A DNA stretch of 64,000 nt, from the NCBI GenBank assembly GCA_030141605.1, contig JAQGDQ010000772.1, forward strand, positions 34,034-98,033, written 5' to 3'. Below, piece by piece: positions 27,731 through 40,801 of the stretch. Below the pieces are notes generated by a model that ran no database searches, was not told the DNA's origin, and worked only from the letters and a program-made list of their open reading frames with translations. A program made the translations under genes and the position numbers. Numbering within the stretch: the first letter of the stretch is position 1; the number at the start of each line of letters is the position of its first letter. The DNA is from Tubiluchus corallicola (Eukaryota; Animalia; Priapulida).

Positions 27731-30584
27731 GGTACAGTTACATTTTACTAGTTACCTCGAACAACTAGTTGCCAGGCCGTCACTTTGTTTACATCACGTA
27801 TATCAGTGTAACCACGTGTATATCTCTATGTATAAAAATATAGAATCAATTGTGCGGAGTTATTTGAGTCAATTGCAGACAGTTTTTATATACTTTTGCA
27901 TAGGAGCGGCCAGTTCTTAGGAATTTTTGAGACAATTAGATATCATGTATCCTTGATAGTTGGGTATTTTAAATCATGCATGAAACAAGGTAACTGATAT
28001 TTTAAGTCTACTTAGAGAGGCTCTCTATGGTCAAAAAATTGCAATTTGTTGCTGGCTCCAAGGGGGCCTCGCCCCCCTTGAACCCCCATGGGGTCTACAC
28101 GGCCCCCAACCCCCCGGCCTGTTTCAGTTTTTTGCAATTTATCATAGTCATTCCTGAAAATGCCTATTTTTAGCAAGTATTATCTCGCATACGATGCCTA
28201 AACTGACCACTTAGCCTACTGTTAGAAGACTGTACATCTGCAGCCTGTTTTGTAGACTCATCATTTATAGTCCGAGTTGTAAGAAACAAATTTCTAAATT
28301 GTCTGTGTTGCTTCCTGTCTTAGCTTTTTTCAGTGCTCAAGCTCGTTTCATACCAACTGTACTTTCTACAGACTGTCGCTTGTCGATAGAAACCACTTTT
28401 TCTTAATTTTAGTTCGTTGCAACTTGACTCTTGTTGGTTTGCATTATAGGATTAGCTATTATAAAAATTCTCTGAACATGAATATTGACTATTATATAAA
28501 TTTTGACTATTATCGGTATAGATTTCAAGCACTAATCGAGACAAACTATGAGTATACTTTTTACTTCATTACTGTTTGTCACTAACTCATATACTCACGT
28601 TTCGTATTTGCAATAAACAGGCAACAAAAAATTATGATAAATTATGGTAGTTGATGGCAGTAGTTGTTGTAGGTCTGGAAATTGTGCGGCATATTTGCAT
28701 AATTCGTCACGATATTTTTATTCTTACCCATAAGCCATTTTGTTCATAACCAGTATTCACAGAAAAGCAGCCCCCGGGTTCCTACAAGAGTTTATTTCCG
28801 ACACATGAAACCGAAGAAGTAGCTCTTTACAGCAATTATTCTGACGGGACAATCTGACAACTCATGAGACGACTTTAAGCCGCGATGTTATCGAAACAAA
28901 AAATTTACCATTTCTATCAATATCTGTTTCTATTACCTGTTTCCATCAAATTCCACCAAGATACCTGTTTCTATCAATTTCCTGTGTTGCATGAATTTCT
29001 GTTTCGGTTTGTAAAATTCATTGGTAACACGCCTGGGTTTAAGTTAATTGTAATTTGAAAAATAAAAAACTGTCTGCAATATAGTATATTTCAAGCAAGC
29101 TGTGTTATGTAACTGATACAGGTATATTATGCACGGTGTATACTGAAAGGTGTGTGGGCAAAACACAGTTTCGATGTTTTGAACTAAACGTTATAAAAAC
29201 ATTTTGTGCTATTTGTTGCCACCTGGGCGTGCATTCGGCTTACGTTTTTCCTAGGCAAGGTATTTCTAAATTATTAGTGGCATTAGTGTAACTTCTTAAT
29301 GCTAGTATCAATAGGATAACGGTCTGTGGTTACGTATTATTATTATTTGTTTGTTTGCTATGTAATTATTACAGTTTTTGTATGGAATATTATTGAGCGT
29401 AGTTTTTAACGCCTACATCTACGTCCCACTCATTCAAAATTTTTTTGGAAGTGTGCTAAACATAAACTTCATACCATTTTGTAGACTTTTCAACCCCTAC
29501 AAGCCCCACCATAGTTTTTTTTATAAAGATAATTGCCAACTGTGTACTATATTCTAAATTATAAGCAAAAATTCAAATTTGCAAAAACTGATCTATGCTT
29601 AAAAAAATTCACAGCACCCATCTTTGAAAGTTTCAGCTAATTTCTCTGCTACATTGAAACGACTAATACCTAGTTAAAAAATAAAAGAGAAATCAGCATG
29701 CATTGAATGGAATTTGAATACTAGAATCTCTTTTCTGCCTGCAGAAAACTATACTACACTCCCTGTTTGTTTTCTTTCAACACAGAAAATCCCTTCACCT
29801 TGTACGGTGATTCGATTTGCGCTGCCACATGATTTGATTTTTCAACTTAAACATGTCACCTGTAATGAAATCCTGACTGTACAGGTCTTCCCAGATGTTC
29901 CTCTGTCGTCAGATAGCTTTTAAGAGTTATAAAATTAAGATATTTTAACATCCAGACAATTTAAAGAAAGAATTTGTGAACATTTGTATATTTCGTCTAG
30001 AACTGGCAAAAAATTAAATAACTCTCCTTAATCCAGCATTAATGACCATATTTGTGCCTTTGGCCACAAAGCTGATTTTAACCATTTCGGCCTTGTGACA
30101 AGAGCTACAGATAGCTGGGACTTATTAATAAAAGAAAGTTTATCTATGTACCCTAATAAGCCTTCTCTTAATGTATAAAGCAGTTCAATTCATTTAACTT
30201 TATTTTCAAACACTTAGCTATTTGTTACTGTATCAATTTCTTTTCTTCAGGTCTACTTAATCATTACCTATTTGGCTTTGTAAATACATAATTAGTGCTT
30301 AAGTTGTTGTGTCAATTTCTTTACTGGTCTGTTTATTCATTACCTATCTGGCTTCTGTTAACTACTTACTTAGTGCATAATAGGCTATGCCTATATAAAC
30401 TGGTTGTAGGTTTGTAAATTTACCTCTGATGATGAGAGCAGCAGCTAGTCCAAACGTCTGGCATGATTTTAACTTTTCAATGTAAAAGTTTTTAATAAAG
30501 TTGTGTTGTTTTAACTATAAATATTTTATATTCAATTTATATACAATGTACCCAGAACAATATTCTCAAACTAATATATCATGT

Positions 30585-31010
30585 AAGGTATGACCATCCC
30601 ACAAATATAATTTACAAAAACAAATTTACCTCTTCCAAAAACAAATATAATGAAACAGTCATCAAAATATAACGCTATTAAAATATGGTCATCAATTCCA
30701 CGTGAAATGAAAACTCTTAATCTTTATCAATTTAAAAAAGCATCAAAGAATTACCTACTACAATGGTATAATTAACTCACAATTTTACTCATCCTGATCT
30801 TAAGTTACTAACAAAACTTATTTTGTTCTAATGTACGTTATAACTGATGAAATGTAATGTTAATTGTCAATTGTTCCACTTATCTGGGGGGGACTCGAAA
30901 GCTCCAATGCTCCTTCTTCCTCCTCACAGTAACTTGTTTAGTTTATAATTTTTTTCAATGTAATATCAGTATGTCTATGTTGCTCTGGAATAAATTCATA
31001 ATTCATGTAC
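30585..31010 (+). mobile_element. LINE 3' fragment
   Basis: Remnant ...KQSSKYNAIKIWSSIPREMKTLNLYQFKK (ORF2 C-terminus type), purine/pyrimidine hairpin at 30886-30924, AATAAA plus short tail. Confidence 0.6.
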
Positions 31011-31207
31011 AGCTTGACTCTTTTAAGCTAGGATTTCACCTGTCTGTTATCTAATTAGCTGATCATCTTGTGACTAACACATTTATATTGTTACATTACA
31101 CTATTTCAGGTAAAGTGATGATTACTTTACATTAGTTAAGAAGCTGTAGTATTTAATATAATTTTCAGGAAGATTAGTATCTGGTTGCTAACAACACAAG
31201 CAGCACA

Positions 31208-31276
31208 ATGAATATAATGAGGAAGATAATTGGACAGGGCCGTCCGATGTATGAACCAACCCCTCAGCAAGCTCAG
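31208..31276 (+). CDS. WDFY3: WDFY3/ALFY coding exon 1: MNIMRKIIGQGRPMYEPTPQQAQ (exon starts at 31169 after ttttcag, so at least one 5'UTR exon lies upstream)
   Basis: Similar to human MNMVKRIMGRPRQEECSPQ; in-frame upstream TAG at 31175; donor CAG|gtagct. Confidence 0.92.
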
Positions 31277-31724
31277 GTAGCTTTTGTGTATTATTGTATG
31301 AACAAAAATGAACAAACTTATAGTTTTTGAATAAGTTGATACACTTATATATACTGCATTAGATTTATCTTATTGATTAACTGGTCATTGCTTATAGATA
31401 GATATGTGCTACAGTAACATGCTTCGTTCATATTAAACCTGAATCTTGTTGACCTATTTCCGGAGTTGATTCAGACGAGATATTCATATGACAAGAAGCT
31501 TGTGAAATATGAGATATTTCTGTTACACGAAATGCTTGCATGTAATGTGCAGGCTTACACTGGAATGCACAACAACCTGACAGACAGTACATATATAATA
31601 CAAATTACTGAGTATGATTATTATGAATCAGAATGGTATTTTGTAATCGGTTGCCAAATTGCTCAACTCTGATAATGATAATGTCCTTAGTGAATGAGGC
31701 ATCATAATAAAAGTTCATTTCACA

Positions 31725-32259
31725 GCTTTATCAGTGTTATGATTTGAGAGGTAATACACGCAGTATAGGTAACCAGCCTAGGCTTAGCCAGTATTAATAT
31801 CTATAACACTGAAGCTTTATCAGTGTTATGATTTGAGAGGTAATACATGCAGTATAGGTAACCAGCCTAGGCTTAGCCAGTATTAATATCTGTAGTACTG
31901 AAGCTTTATCAGTGTTATGATTTGAGAGGTAATACACGCAGTATAGGTAACCAGCCTAGGCTTAGCCAGTATTAATATCTGTAGTACTGAAGCTTTATCA
32001 GTGTTATGATTTGAGAGGTAATACACGCAGTATAGGTAACCAGCCTAGGCTTAGCCAGTATTAATATCTGTAGTACTGAAGCTTTATCAGTGTTATGATT
32101 TGAGAGGTAATACACGCAGTATAGGTAACCAGCCTAGGCTTAGCCAGTATTAATATCTGTAGCGCTGAAGCTTTATCAGTGTTATGATTTGAGAGGTAAT
32201 ACACGCAGTATAGGTAACCAGCCTAGGCTTAGCCAGTGTTAATATCTGTAGTACTGAAG
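31725..32259. repeat. Tandem array, six 89-bp units
   Basis: GATTTGAGAGG at 31741, 31830, 31919, 32008, 32097 and 32186; the unit contains the palindrome AGCCTAGGCT. Confidence 0.97.
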
Positions 32260-32430
32260 GCTGCATTGTTAAGACTCTTAGCTAATAAATAATACGAATG
32301 CCACGTGAAAAATATGGTTTTAAAACAAGGGCTTGCTTAGCTATATCTGTTTGATGTAGTGTGCACTGTGCAGTATCTACGCACTTGTTGCTTATATTTA
32401 ACTACGTACATGTTAATTACATTTTTCTAG

Positions 32431-32553
32431 GATAACGCTTTGGGTCTCATGCATCTTAGAAAACTCTTCATGGAATTCTCCCATCCGGCTGAGTCGTTGG
32501 CCCCAAAAGATCAGGAGGACAAGTTATACAACATGTTACCACTATTTTGTAAG
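32431..32553 (+). CDS. WDFY3: WDFY3 coding exon 2: DNALGLMHLRKLFMEFSHPAESLAPKDQEDKLYNMLPLFCK
   Basis: ttctag|GAT...AAG|gtatga, phase 0-0; DNALGLMHLR is identical to human WDFY3. Confidence 0.97.
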
Positions 32554-33191
32554 GTATGATTTACACTTTTTAGTATGTTTTATAGTTCACAGATTTTTTT
32601 CTAGAAAGTAGTTCTTTCTTCCATCTTGCAGCATCTTGAAATGAACTATGCAGATACAGTTTTTAACTGTATAGTTGTACAAGAACTGTGTAGTTGGTTG
32701 AAGAACTGTAGCAATCCCTTTATTAATCTGTAAGCGTTTTACTAGAAAATACTTACCTAAACTGTAAAGCTCTTGTGAATAGATACGCAATGATATAGCT
32801 AAAGATTATGTAGGTCTGGTCGATTTATCGAACCGCTGTGCAATTTGAAGAAGGCTTTCTAAAGCTCCTTTAGTGCAATTGGACTTTTTACTGCAAGAAA
32901 ACAAAATTAGTTCCTGAAAAAATGTTCTTGAAGTCTCTTATAGAACCATACCTGTATAGCCGAATTTGTCCGTATGAGACATATAGGTGTGCTTTAGTTC
33001 ACAATTTCACATTCTTGCACACTGTTAAATGCTTAACTGTGTCGGTAATTTAAGTGCCCAATAATTAAGGTAAATGGCATGTTTGGTATTATGCAACTTT
33101 GTAGAAATGTGTTGCGTTAAACCTTCGTTTTAATAAATATACTTATAATACAGAAATGGCTAAACTTTAAAAACTTTCTATGTACTTATAT

Positions 33192-33641
33192 CAGTGGTTC
33201 CCAACCTTTTCCTTGCCAAGTACCCCTTCTAAATGTGGCGATCTTCAGCGTACCCCCACCTGATATTTTTCAACAAATCGTTTGAAAAACCAGTTTCCAG
33301 AAAACATTAATATTATCGACAAAACTGTGAAAAAAATGTGATACAATTACATTACTGGTAGGCAGTTATTAAAATGTACAGCACAAACAAAGCGACAAAA
33401 TATAAGCTTTTCGTGGGCGCGTAAAAGTATTTTCTAGCGCACTGCGCAGGAATGATATTGTTTGTGAAATATTGCCTAACCTGTAGAAAGAATATCGCGA
33501 TGCTGCAACTTGGTGTATTTTACCCTTTTCACCGGCTACAGAAAGAAAAAAATGTGTCGATCTGACACACCTTCTGCGTACCCCTGGCATTGCTGTTGCG
33601 TACCTCCATGGGGTACGCGTACCCCCGGTTGGGAACCACTG
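33192..33641. mobile_element. hAT (Charlie-like) MITE, 450 bp
   Basis: TIR CAGTGGTTCCCAACC / GGTTGGGAACCACTG with a perfect 8-bp TSD ACTTATAT. Confidence 0.95.
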
Positions 33642-33689
33642 ACTTATATGTATCTATCTATTCATGTTATTTTTGAATAGCAAAGTAAA

Positions 33690-36010
33690 GCATTCTTGAT
33701 CCCATAACTACTGAAGAAATCAAAAGTGCATTAGTTAAATTCAGTGCTAATAAATCCCCTGGACCTGATAATATTTCAACCAAATTTTGCAAACTAGCAT
33801 CCGAGGTAATTGCTCCAATCCTAAGCAAACTAATAAGTATTAAGTCACGGAATCTTTCCTAACTGCGTAAAAATAGCCAAAGTCACTCCTATCTGAATCT
33901 CAATCACTCTTATAAATCTGAATCTCTACTTAACCCATCCAACTATCGACCAATTTCTAATCTATCCCTCATCTCAAAAATTTTTGAAAATGTAATCTGT
34001 AAACGCTTAAATAGTTTTTTCGATGCAAACAATATTTTATCAAAATTCCAATTTGGATTTATAAAATCCTCCTCTACAGCCCTAGCTATAGCTGAATTCA
34101 TGGAAAACTTATTGCACTGCCTGGACAAAAACTCTGTCACATGCTATATTTTTAGACCTTTCGAAAACCTTCGACATAGTTCAACACCATATCTCACTTC
34201 AGAAACTACAAAACTATAGCATAAGAGGTGCAGCCCTGAATCTCATCAAATCATACCTCGACAATCGCCAGCAGTTCACTTGCGTGCAGCAAACCCACTC
34301 AAGTCAACTCCCAGTGACATGTGGCATTCCGCAGGGGTCTGTCCTTAGGCCTCTGCTCTTCCTCAGATACATTAACGAAGATATCACAAAATGAGAATTT
34401 GCTGTTTAATTTAAAAATAGGTAACCATGATTTCGTTTAAACCAACTGCATTAAGTACCTTGGGCTTCAAATTGATAGTAATATAAAATGGAAAACTCAT
34501 ATTAATACTATAACAACAAAACTAAGTAAGACTGCAGGTATATTTGCAAAACTACGTTACTTTATTTAATATGCTAATCCTCATAATGATATATTATGCT
34601 TTACCATAATGTAAACATTTACATTTAGTGTATCCATACCTTCAGTACTGTGTGCTGTGCTGGGGAAAAACTAAGCAATATATACTACTACCACTTACCA
34701 CCTTACAAAACAAAATTGCTAAATTAATTACATTCTGTCATTACACAGCACATGCTACACCTTCGTATAAACAGTTAGATATACTAAAAGTTTGTGATAT
34801 ATATAAGTTTATGTACAGGTACAAAACAGGTACTTTGCCAGGTATATATGAGAACTATTTCTTAAAAATAAACGGAAGTCCATTCATACTCCACAAGATC
34901 CTCAAAAAAAGGTTTCTACTTTCAAAATAGGTACAAGACTCAATATGGCTTGGAACTCTCTACACCATAATGGTGTCAAAGTTTTTAATAGTCTCCCTCA
35001 TGAAATCTTAGCTTGCCAAACATTGGACACTGCGGTTAAAAAATTTCGCCTCTATTTAATCAGCAACTATTCAGTTTAATTAATCGAATTTAGAAAAAAA
35101 ATTACATTCTTAGTTTCGAATTTATCTCTTAGTTATCTTTTGGTTTGACATCTATTTCACTGAATATTCACATAGTCTGGAAAAAAATTCAGCATTATTC
35201 TTATCGTTTTAAGCTGACCCACTTTCATTATGTTTACTGGAGCTATAATTTGTTCAATGTATGTGCATGTGATGTACTTCGATATTGCTTTAGTTTTTTT
35301 TTGTTATTCCTATGAAGTCTGTCTCTTGAGTTAAATCCTAATTTTGTTTTTGCTATTTTGTTAATTTAAATATTGTTTCATACCATTTTCTATTCATTGA
35401 TTTACGTTGCCAGTTAATTATAAACTCATCTGAATTCATTATACTAATATCTCCCTAGTTATTTATCTTTATTTTTTCTTTTTATTTTTGTATGTTGATT
35501 ATTATAATTTTCTTTGTCTGTACTTGTCAGGTTATATAATTTCCTTTAAATTTGGATAGAGGTACTTGACCTGGTGATGATTTACTCATGACTTGACATT
35601 GCTTCATTTTTTTGCTTCTTATGTTGGTTTGAGTTCTTGATTTATATGTAATTATTAGTTTTGTTTTTGATGAGTTTAAATTTTCCGTTTTGTTTCCTAA
35701 TTTAAATTTTGCCTCTTCTCATTGCCAAATTTATTTACTGTTTCTAAATTTAAACTCATTTGAACTTGTTGCCTCATTTATTTTTTTTTTTATTTTGTTA
35801 AGTTGCTGATTATTTTCATTTGTACATACCTTACTTGACAGGTCACTTAATTTTCTTCAGTTTGGATAGGGGTGGTTGACTTGGTGACCCTTGGTCTTTT
35901 TGCCACCCCTCTGTTTTCCGTCTTTATTTTAGTTTTTAGCTTTTGTTTATGTTTATTTTGTAACATTCAGAGACAAATAAATTTTTTTACTTTACTTACT
36001 TTACTTTACT
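33690..36010 (+). mobile_element. Heavily decayed CR1/L2-group LINE
   Basis: Remnants KSPGPD, NYRPISNL, QFGF, GIPQGSVL, KYLGL, YPYLQYC; the catalytic xADD region is deleted near 34380; 3' hairpin at 35866-35911; (TTAC)n tail. Confidence 0.9.
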
Positions 36011-36552
36011 ATTGCAGCACGTAAATTTTGATGTTATTGCAAACCGTGCGTGAACTTCACGTGAAAGTATGGTATATTTAAATTTAAAACGTCTTTATAT
36101 CACCAAATTTTATTGATTTAGTATTGGTGCGAAAGTATAGAAAATAAAACAAAAAAAAAAAATATATAAATTCAGGCTACAGCTCACGAGGCACCATTTG
36201 CCGATCTATATATCAAACGAAAGGTCTCGATCTAGTGTCTTCTCATTGATGGTTTATTTTTCGAATCGGGCCCACCGGGAGGAGGGGGAGGCGAAAAACC
36301 TCCAAAAATGGCCCTTTTTCGGCCGTTTTTTGCAAAAAATTGCAAAAGTTATACGGCTGAGATGTAGAGAACGGGAACGGGCCGAGGGGGGTACTGGGTA
36401 GAGAAAATTAGTTTTATAATACAGTCACTAAATGAAGGAATAAACTATTGCCGTGGATTTGCACTGATTACTTATTATAAATATTTCTCATAGGTTAGAA
36501 ACCTACTGTGCAATTCTGTCCTTATTGTACAGAGTTATATTTATTCATGTAG

Positions 36553-36673
36553 GTGTTTGGTAGTTGTCCTTCAAGTGATCTAGAGAAATTTGGCGACATC
36601 ATACAGTTTACCAACTTTGTCTCTAAGCTGATGGTGACAGAGGTCAGGCGACGAGCTTCTAATCAAAGCACAG
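36553..36673 (+). CDS. WDFY3: WDFY3 coding exon 3: VFGSCPSSDLEKFGDIIQFTNFVSKLMVTEVRRRASNQST(E)
   Basis: tgtag|GTG...ACAG|gtatgg, phase 0-1; human has LMVTEIRRRASNKST. Confidence 0.97.
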
Positions 36674-36701
36674 GTATGGCACAGTTGCTTAAAGATTTTC
36701 C

Positions 36702-37245
36702 TTAAAGGAAAACCAGATGATTGTGTAGACATTAGTTCAAAATAAAGAATGCTCTAAAATATTGAAAGCTGTAACAGCTTTTTTAAATCAAAGCTTAGAT
36801 TAAATAATAATAGCTTTGGATAGATAAATTTTGTTGAACTCTGAAAGCTATGCGCGGCTCAACGAATCCACTAAGACTGGCAATGGCGCCTTTTTGTCAT
36901 ATTTGCGTGACCGACATATAGGCGTGGTACCGTGCTAAACATGATCACGAATTGCGGCGTTTGTCTGTGACGTAGAGCTCTGTGACATCACATCGCATTT
37001 TATAGCATTCTTCGTTTATGCAAACATCAAGCTTGACATGCAGGGAAGATGCCCACCATTGCACAAACTGTGATTAGTTTGTGACGTAAGCGATAGCTGT
37101 TTTCGGTTACCGTTAATTAACTTTCCAATGTAATTATTCAATTATTAGAAACAATTACTAAGTTTTATAGGCAAGAAAATGTATATTTTTTTGACAGTAA
37201 ATTAAATTGAGATGGAGTCTAATCAATTGTACGGTTTTCCTTTAA
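36702..37245. mobile_element. Kolobok/T2-like MITE family B
   Basis: TTAA-AGGAAAACC ... GGTTTTCCT-TTAA; inverted copy at 18299-18830. Confidence 0.9.
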
Positions 37246-38010
37246 ATAAACTAGAATAGTCATCTTTTGTTTGTCATTAAAAATTGCTTTAACAAATATC
37301 ACAGCTGTTACAGTTTTTTCTGTTTTTATGAGAACACAAGGTATTGCAATGATAAGTTTTTTTAGACATTTCAACACCCACTAGTTTCGTAATTTTGTGG
37401 TGTTCAAAGCAAAGTATGAACAATTTTCTTTTTTGAAATAATCAATAACCACTAATTGATCAGAAATTAAAAAAAATGTGCACATCTCAGGTGCTGCTTG
37501 TGATTTGTTCACGTAAATATGCAAATTGTCTCAGTTTGTCAAATTAAAACCTCGTATGTGACTTTTCACGATTGTTTATCATTGTTTTAAGTTTCATGTG
37601 TCTTAAGCAAGGAAGAGTATAAAAGGTTTAAACCTGTATTAAACTTGTATTTTGCCCATTGGGAATATACACTTACTAATCTTTTTGACATATTTAACTT
37701 ACTAATTATCTGTTCTTTGTGTAAACATTTATTTTATTTTTCTTGTAGAAATATTTTTTTAATTCTGATTTCTAACTATGCTTTATTTATTATTCTATGG
37801 TGCTTTTTATGTACTGAAATAAACCTAAAAAAATAAAGTAACAAATCCCAATTTTGCAGTGTAGGTGTCGTATTTTCCTGGGTTACCAATTTATGAATCC
37901 ATATCTTGATCTCCTGCTATTATTACCGCCTTTTTTTATTTGTCTTATGCATTTGCAAATGTGCCTTTCTGATAATTGTTTTGATAAAGGACTCGTATGT
38001 GTATTTGCAG

Positions 38011-38126
38011 AAGCCGCAAGCCAAGCCATTGTTAAATTCTTGGAGATCGAAAATACGGAAGAAGCTAGTAATGGCTGGATGTTGCTAAGCACAATAAATC
38101 TTTTGGCGGCTGGGAATAACGATATT
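38011..38126 (+). CDS. WDFY3: WDFY3 coding exon 4: (E)AASQAIVKFLEIENTEEASNGWMLLSTINLLAAGNNDI
   Basis: tttgcag|AAGCC...GATATT|gtaata, phase 1-0; the donor is weak but is the one that keeps the protein colinear with exon 5. Confidence 0.93.
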
Positions 38127-38298
38127 GTAATATACTATTATGTTAATTTTGCCTTACATGAGTAAATGTGCACTTTTTGCACTTCCACTATGTGAGAAAT
38201 AGAATGAACGTACATTGGCAAAAGTTCTGAAACTAACTTTTAACCGAAACTGACAATATCGATAAAATTGACTCAACTAATTGAAAAACTAACTCTAA

Positions 38299-38880
38299 AG
38301 CTAAGACTCCACGTGCGCGCAATGTGTGATCTATGATCCGTAATTCGCAATACGTATTGCCTATTTCCATGCATCCGTAAACGGTGTGCGTACTAACAAA
38401 GCTCACAGCGCTCTTTCCGCCATTTTTGATCGCTATTCGTGACAATTGCAAGCTATAATTTTTTGAAACCATGTCTCTGTCGAAATTTAAGCATGATAAT
38501 TACAGATGCGGCATTAGCTTATTATTGTACTATTAGATGGAAAAGAAAGCACAGGTTTTTGGTGCACAACATTTTACAGGGGAGAGAACAATATGGCAGG
38601 TATCACCATTTAGTGAAAGAACTACGGTTAGATGTTAGGTTAGATACGCAACACATAACTACATGCTTCTTCCACCTCCCAAAAACTCAAATAGAAGAAA
38701 TATTATTGTTTACAAGTCCCAAAGTAACCAAAAGTTACCTAACTAGATTTTTCAGAAAACTAAACAGCTAAAATGGTTACCAGGCACTTGAAAACTCGCC
38801 TGCGTGATGTGTATTTGGGCAATAGCGATCACGTTCGGATGAATATGGATCACAGATTACGCATTACGTGCACATAAGTC
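38299..38880 (+). mobile_element. Internally deleted PIF/Harbinger element with a transposase N-terminal remnant
   Basis: RKHRFLVHNILQGREQYGRYHHLVKELRLD...EEILLFTSPKVTK resembles the Harbinger/ISL2EU transposase N-terminus; imperfect inverted ends (CACGTGCGCGCAAT / ATTACGCATTACGTG); TAA on the left. Confidence 0.65.
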
Positions 38881-39698
38881 ATAAGTCATTTATTTCACAT
38901 TACACATTTACAATGGTTACATATACAATATCTAGTGAAAGGGCCTACAATGAATATAATACAAATAAGAAATACTGCACAGGAAAAGCCTCAAACACTG
39001 TTCACTTATACACGAAGGTAAATGTGTTGCGGGCAATCAAAAAGCAGGGCTTGTTAGATTGTCCCACACAGTGAAAGAAAAAAAAGTAATGGAAATAATC
39101 TGAAAATTTAAAGTGAATCGTGATAAAAAAACATTAGTGCTTAAAATGGAATGATGTAATGAATGAAGCTGGAATTGTACCTTAACTCTCATGTTTGGTG
39201 TTTGAAATTATGCACTGTTTTTGTTTTAATGCTTACAATACATCGCAGTCACTGGAAATAAACAATTAGCTGTGTGGTTTATACGTAATCAATTTGTTCT
39301 CTGCTTATTTTCTAACGTAATCACTGAAAGCTAATTGTTGAGGTAGAAAACCGTCAACTGTGATTATACTTCGCCAGTTGACTTCAGAGCTATAAGTGCA
39401 CATGTACATTAAGCATATTGCCCATATTAACCATTTATCCTTTTAACCATGTGCTCCTATTAGGAATTCTACTGTGTGTTATTATGTCTAATTTGTGTGT
39501 GATTGTGTTTGCATGTGATTCGTGCTATTCAATGAAAGCAATAATTTTTAACTTTTGCTACTTCATTCTCTTTTCATATTGTTGTACAGTTTTTCAAATG
39601 CACATGTTTTGTATGGGTCACGGCACGGCTGAGATTTGTATTTCAGTTCTTCTCCACTTTTTCTTCAATTTTAATCGAATTTTATTGTCAACTTTTTT

Positions 39699-40397
39699 TG
39701 AACAAATGACTTTTTGATACCATGTTAAATACAGTACTATATTAATGCTACAATCATATGATATAATTTCAAATTATAGGTGTCTAATACTATATTATTA
39801 TATGATTTGTTATGTTATGAACAAATGACTTTTTGATACCACATTAATTATAATACTATATTAATGCTACAATCATATGATATAATTTCAAATTATAGGT
39901 TTCTAATACTATATTATTATATGATTTGTTATGTTATGAACAAATGACTTTGATACCACATTAATTATAATACTATATTAATGCTACAATCATATAATAT
40001 AATTTCAAATTTTAGGTTTCTAATACTATATTATTATATGATTTGTTATGTTATGAACAAATGACTTTTTGATACCACATTAATTATAATACTATATTAA
40101 TGCTACAATCATATGATATAATTTCAAATTATAGGTTTCTAATACTATATTATTATATGATTTGTTATGTTATGAACAAATGACTTTTTGATACCACATT
40201 AATTATAATACTATATTAATGCTACAATCATATGATATAATTTCAAATTATAGGTTTCTAATACTATATTATTATATGATTTGTTATGTTATGAACAAAT
40301 GACTTTTTGATACCACATTAATTACAGTACTATATTAATGCTAATGTAACTGCAAATTATAGGTTTCCAATACTATATTATTATATGATTTGTTATG
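39699..40397. repeat. Tandem array, about six 119-bp AT-rich units
   Basis: AACAAATGAC at 39701, 39820, 39939, 40056, 40175 and 40294. Confidence 0.97.
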
Positions 40398-40642
40398 ATA
40401 ATAGTAATCATATTACTATATGATTTGTGCAAAAATGTCTTTAATGTGTTTGTATACAAAACTCCCAGTGTATGTATGTAAACTGTTTCCTGCAGGTTAT
40501 GTAGCTAACAGCTTTCAGGAATTTATGTAAAAGATATGCCCATTTTTGCATGGAAATTGTCTCAATGAATTATTTTTTACAAAAAGTATCTTACTTGTGG
40601 ACTGCTTGTGTAAAGAACTGTTATTAATGATCATTTTCATAG

Positions 40643-40801
40643 GTTGAGGTTATGGTCACAGCATCCGTTCCGTCAACTCTAGTCAAGTGTTTGTATTTAT
40701 TCTTTGATCTTCCCGACAGCGAAGAATCATCCAGGGATGCTGCGGATTCAGAATTCACATCAGAGGAACGGCGAATCCTATTACAAAAAGTTTTTTCTCA
40801 G
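40643..40801 (+). CDS. WDFY3: WDFY3 coding exon 5: VEVMVTASVPSTLVKCLYLFFDLPDSEESSRDAADSEFTSEERRILLQKVFSQ
   Basis: ttcatag|GTT...CAG|gtatga, phase 0-0; SVPSTLVKCLYLFFDLP is identical to human. Confidence 0.97.
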
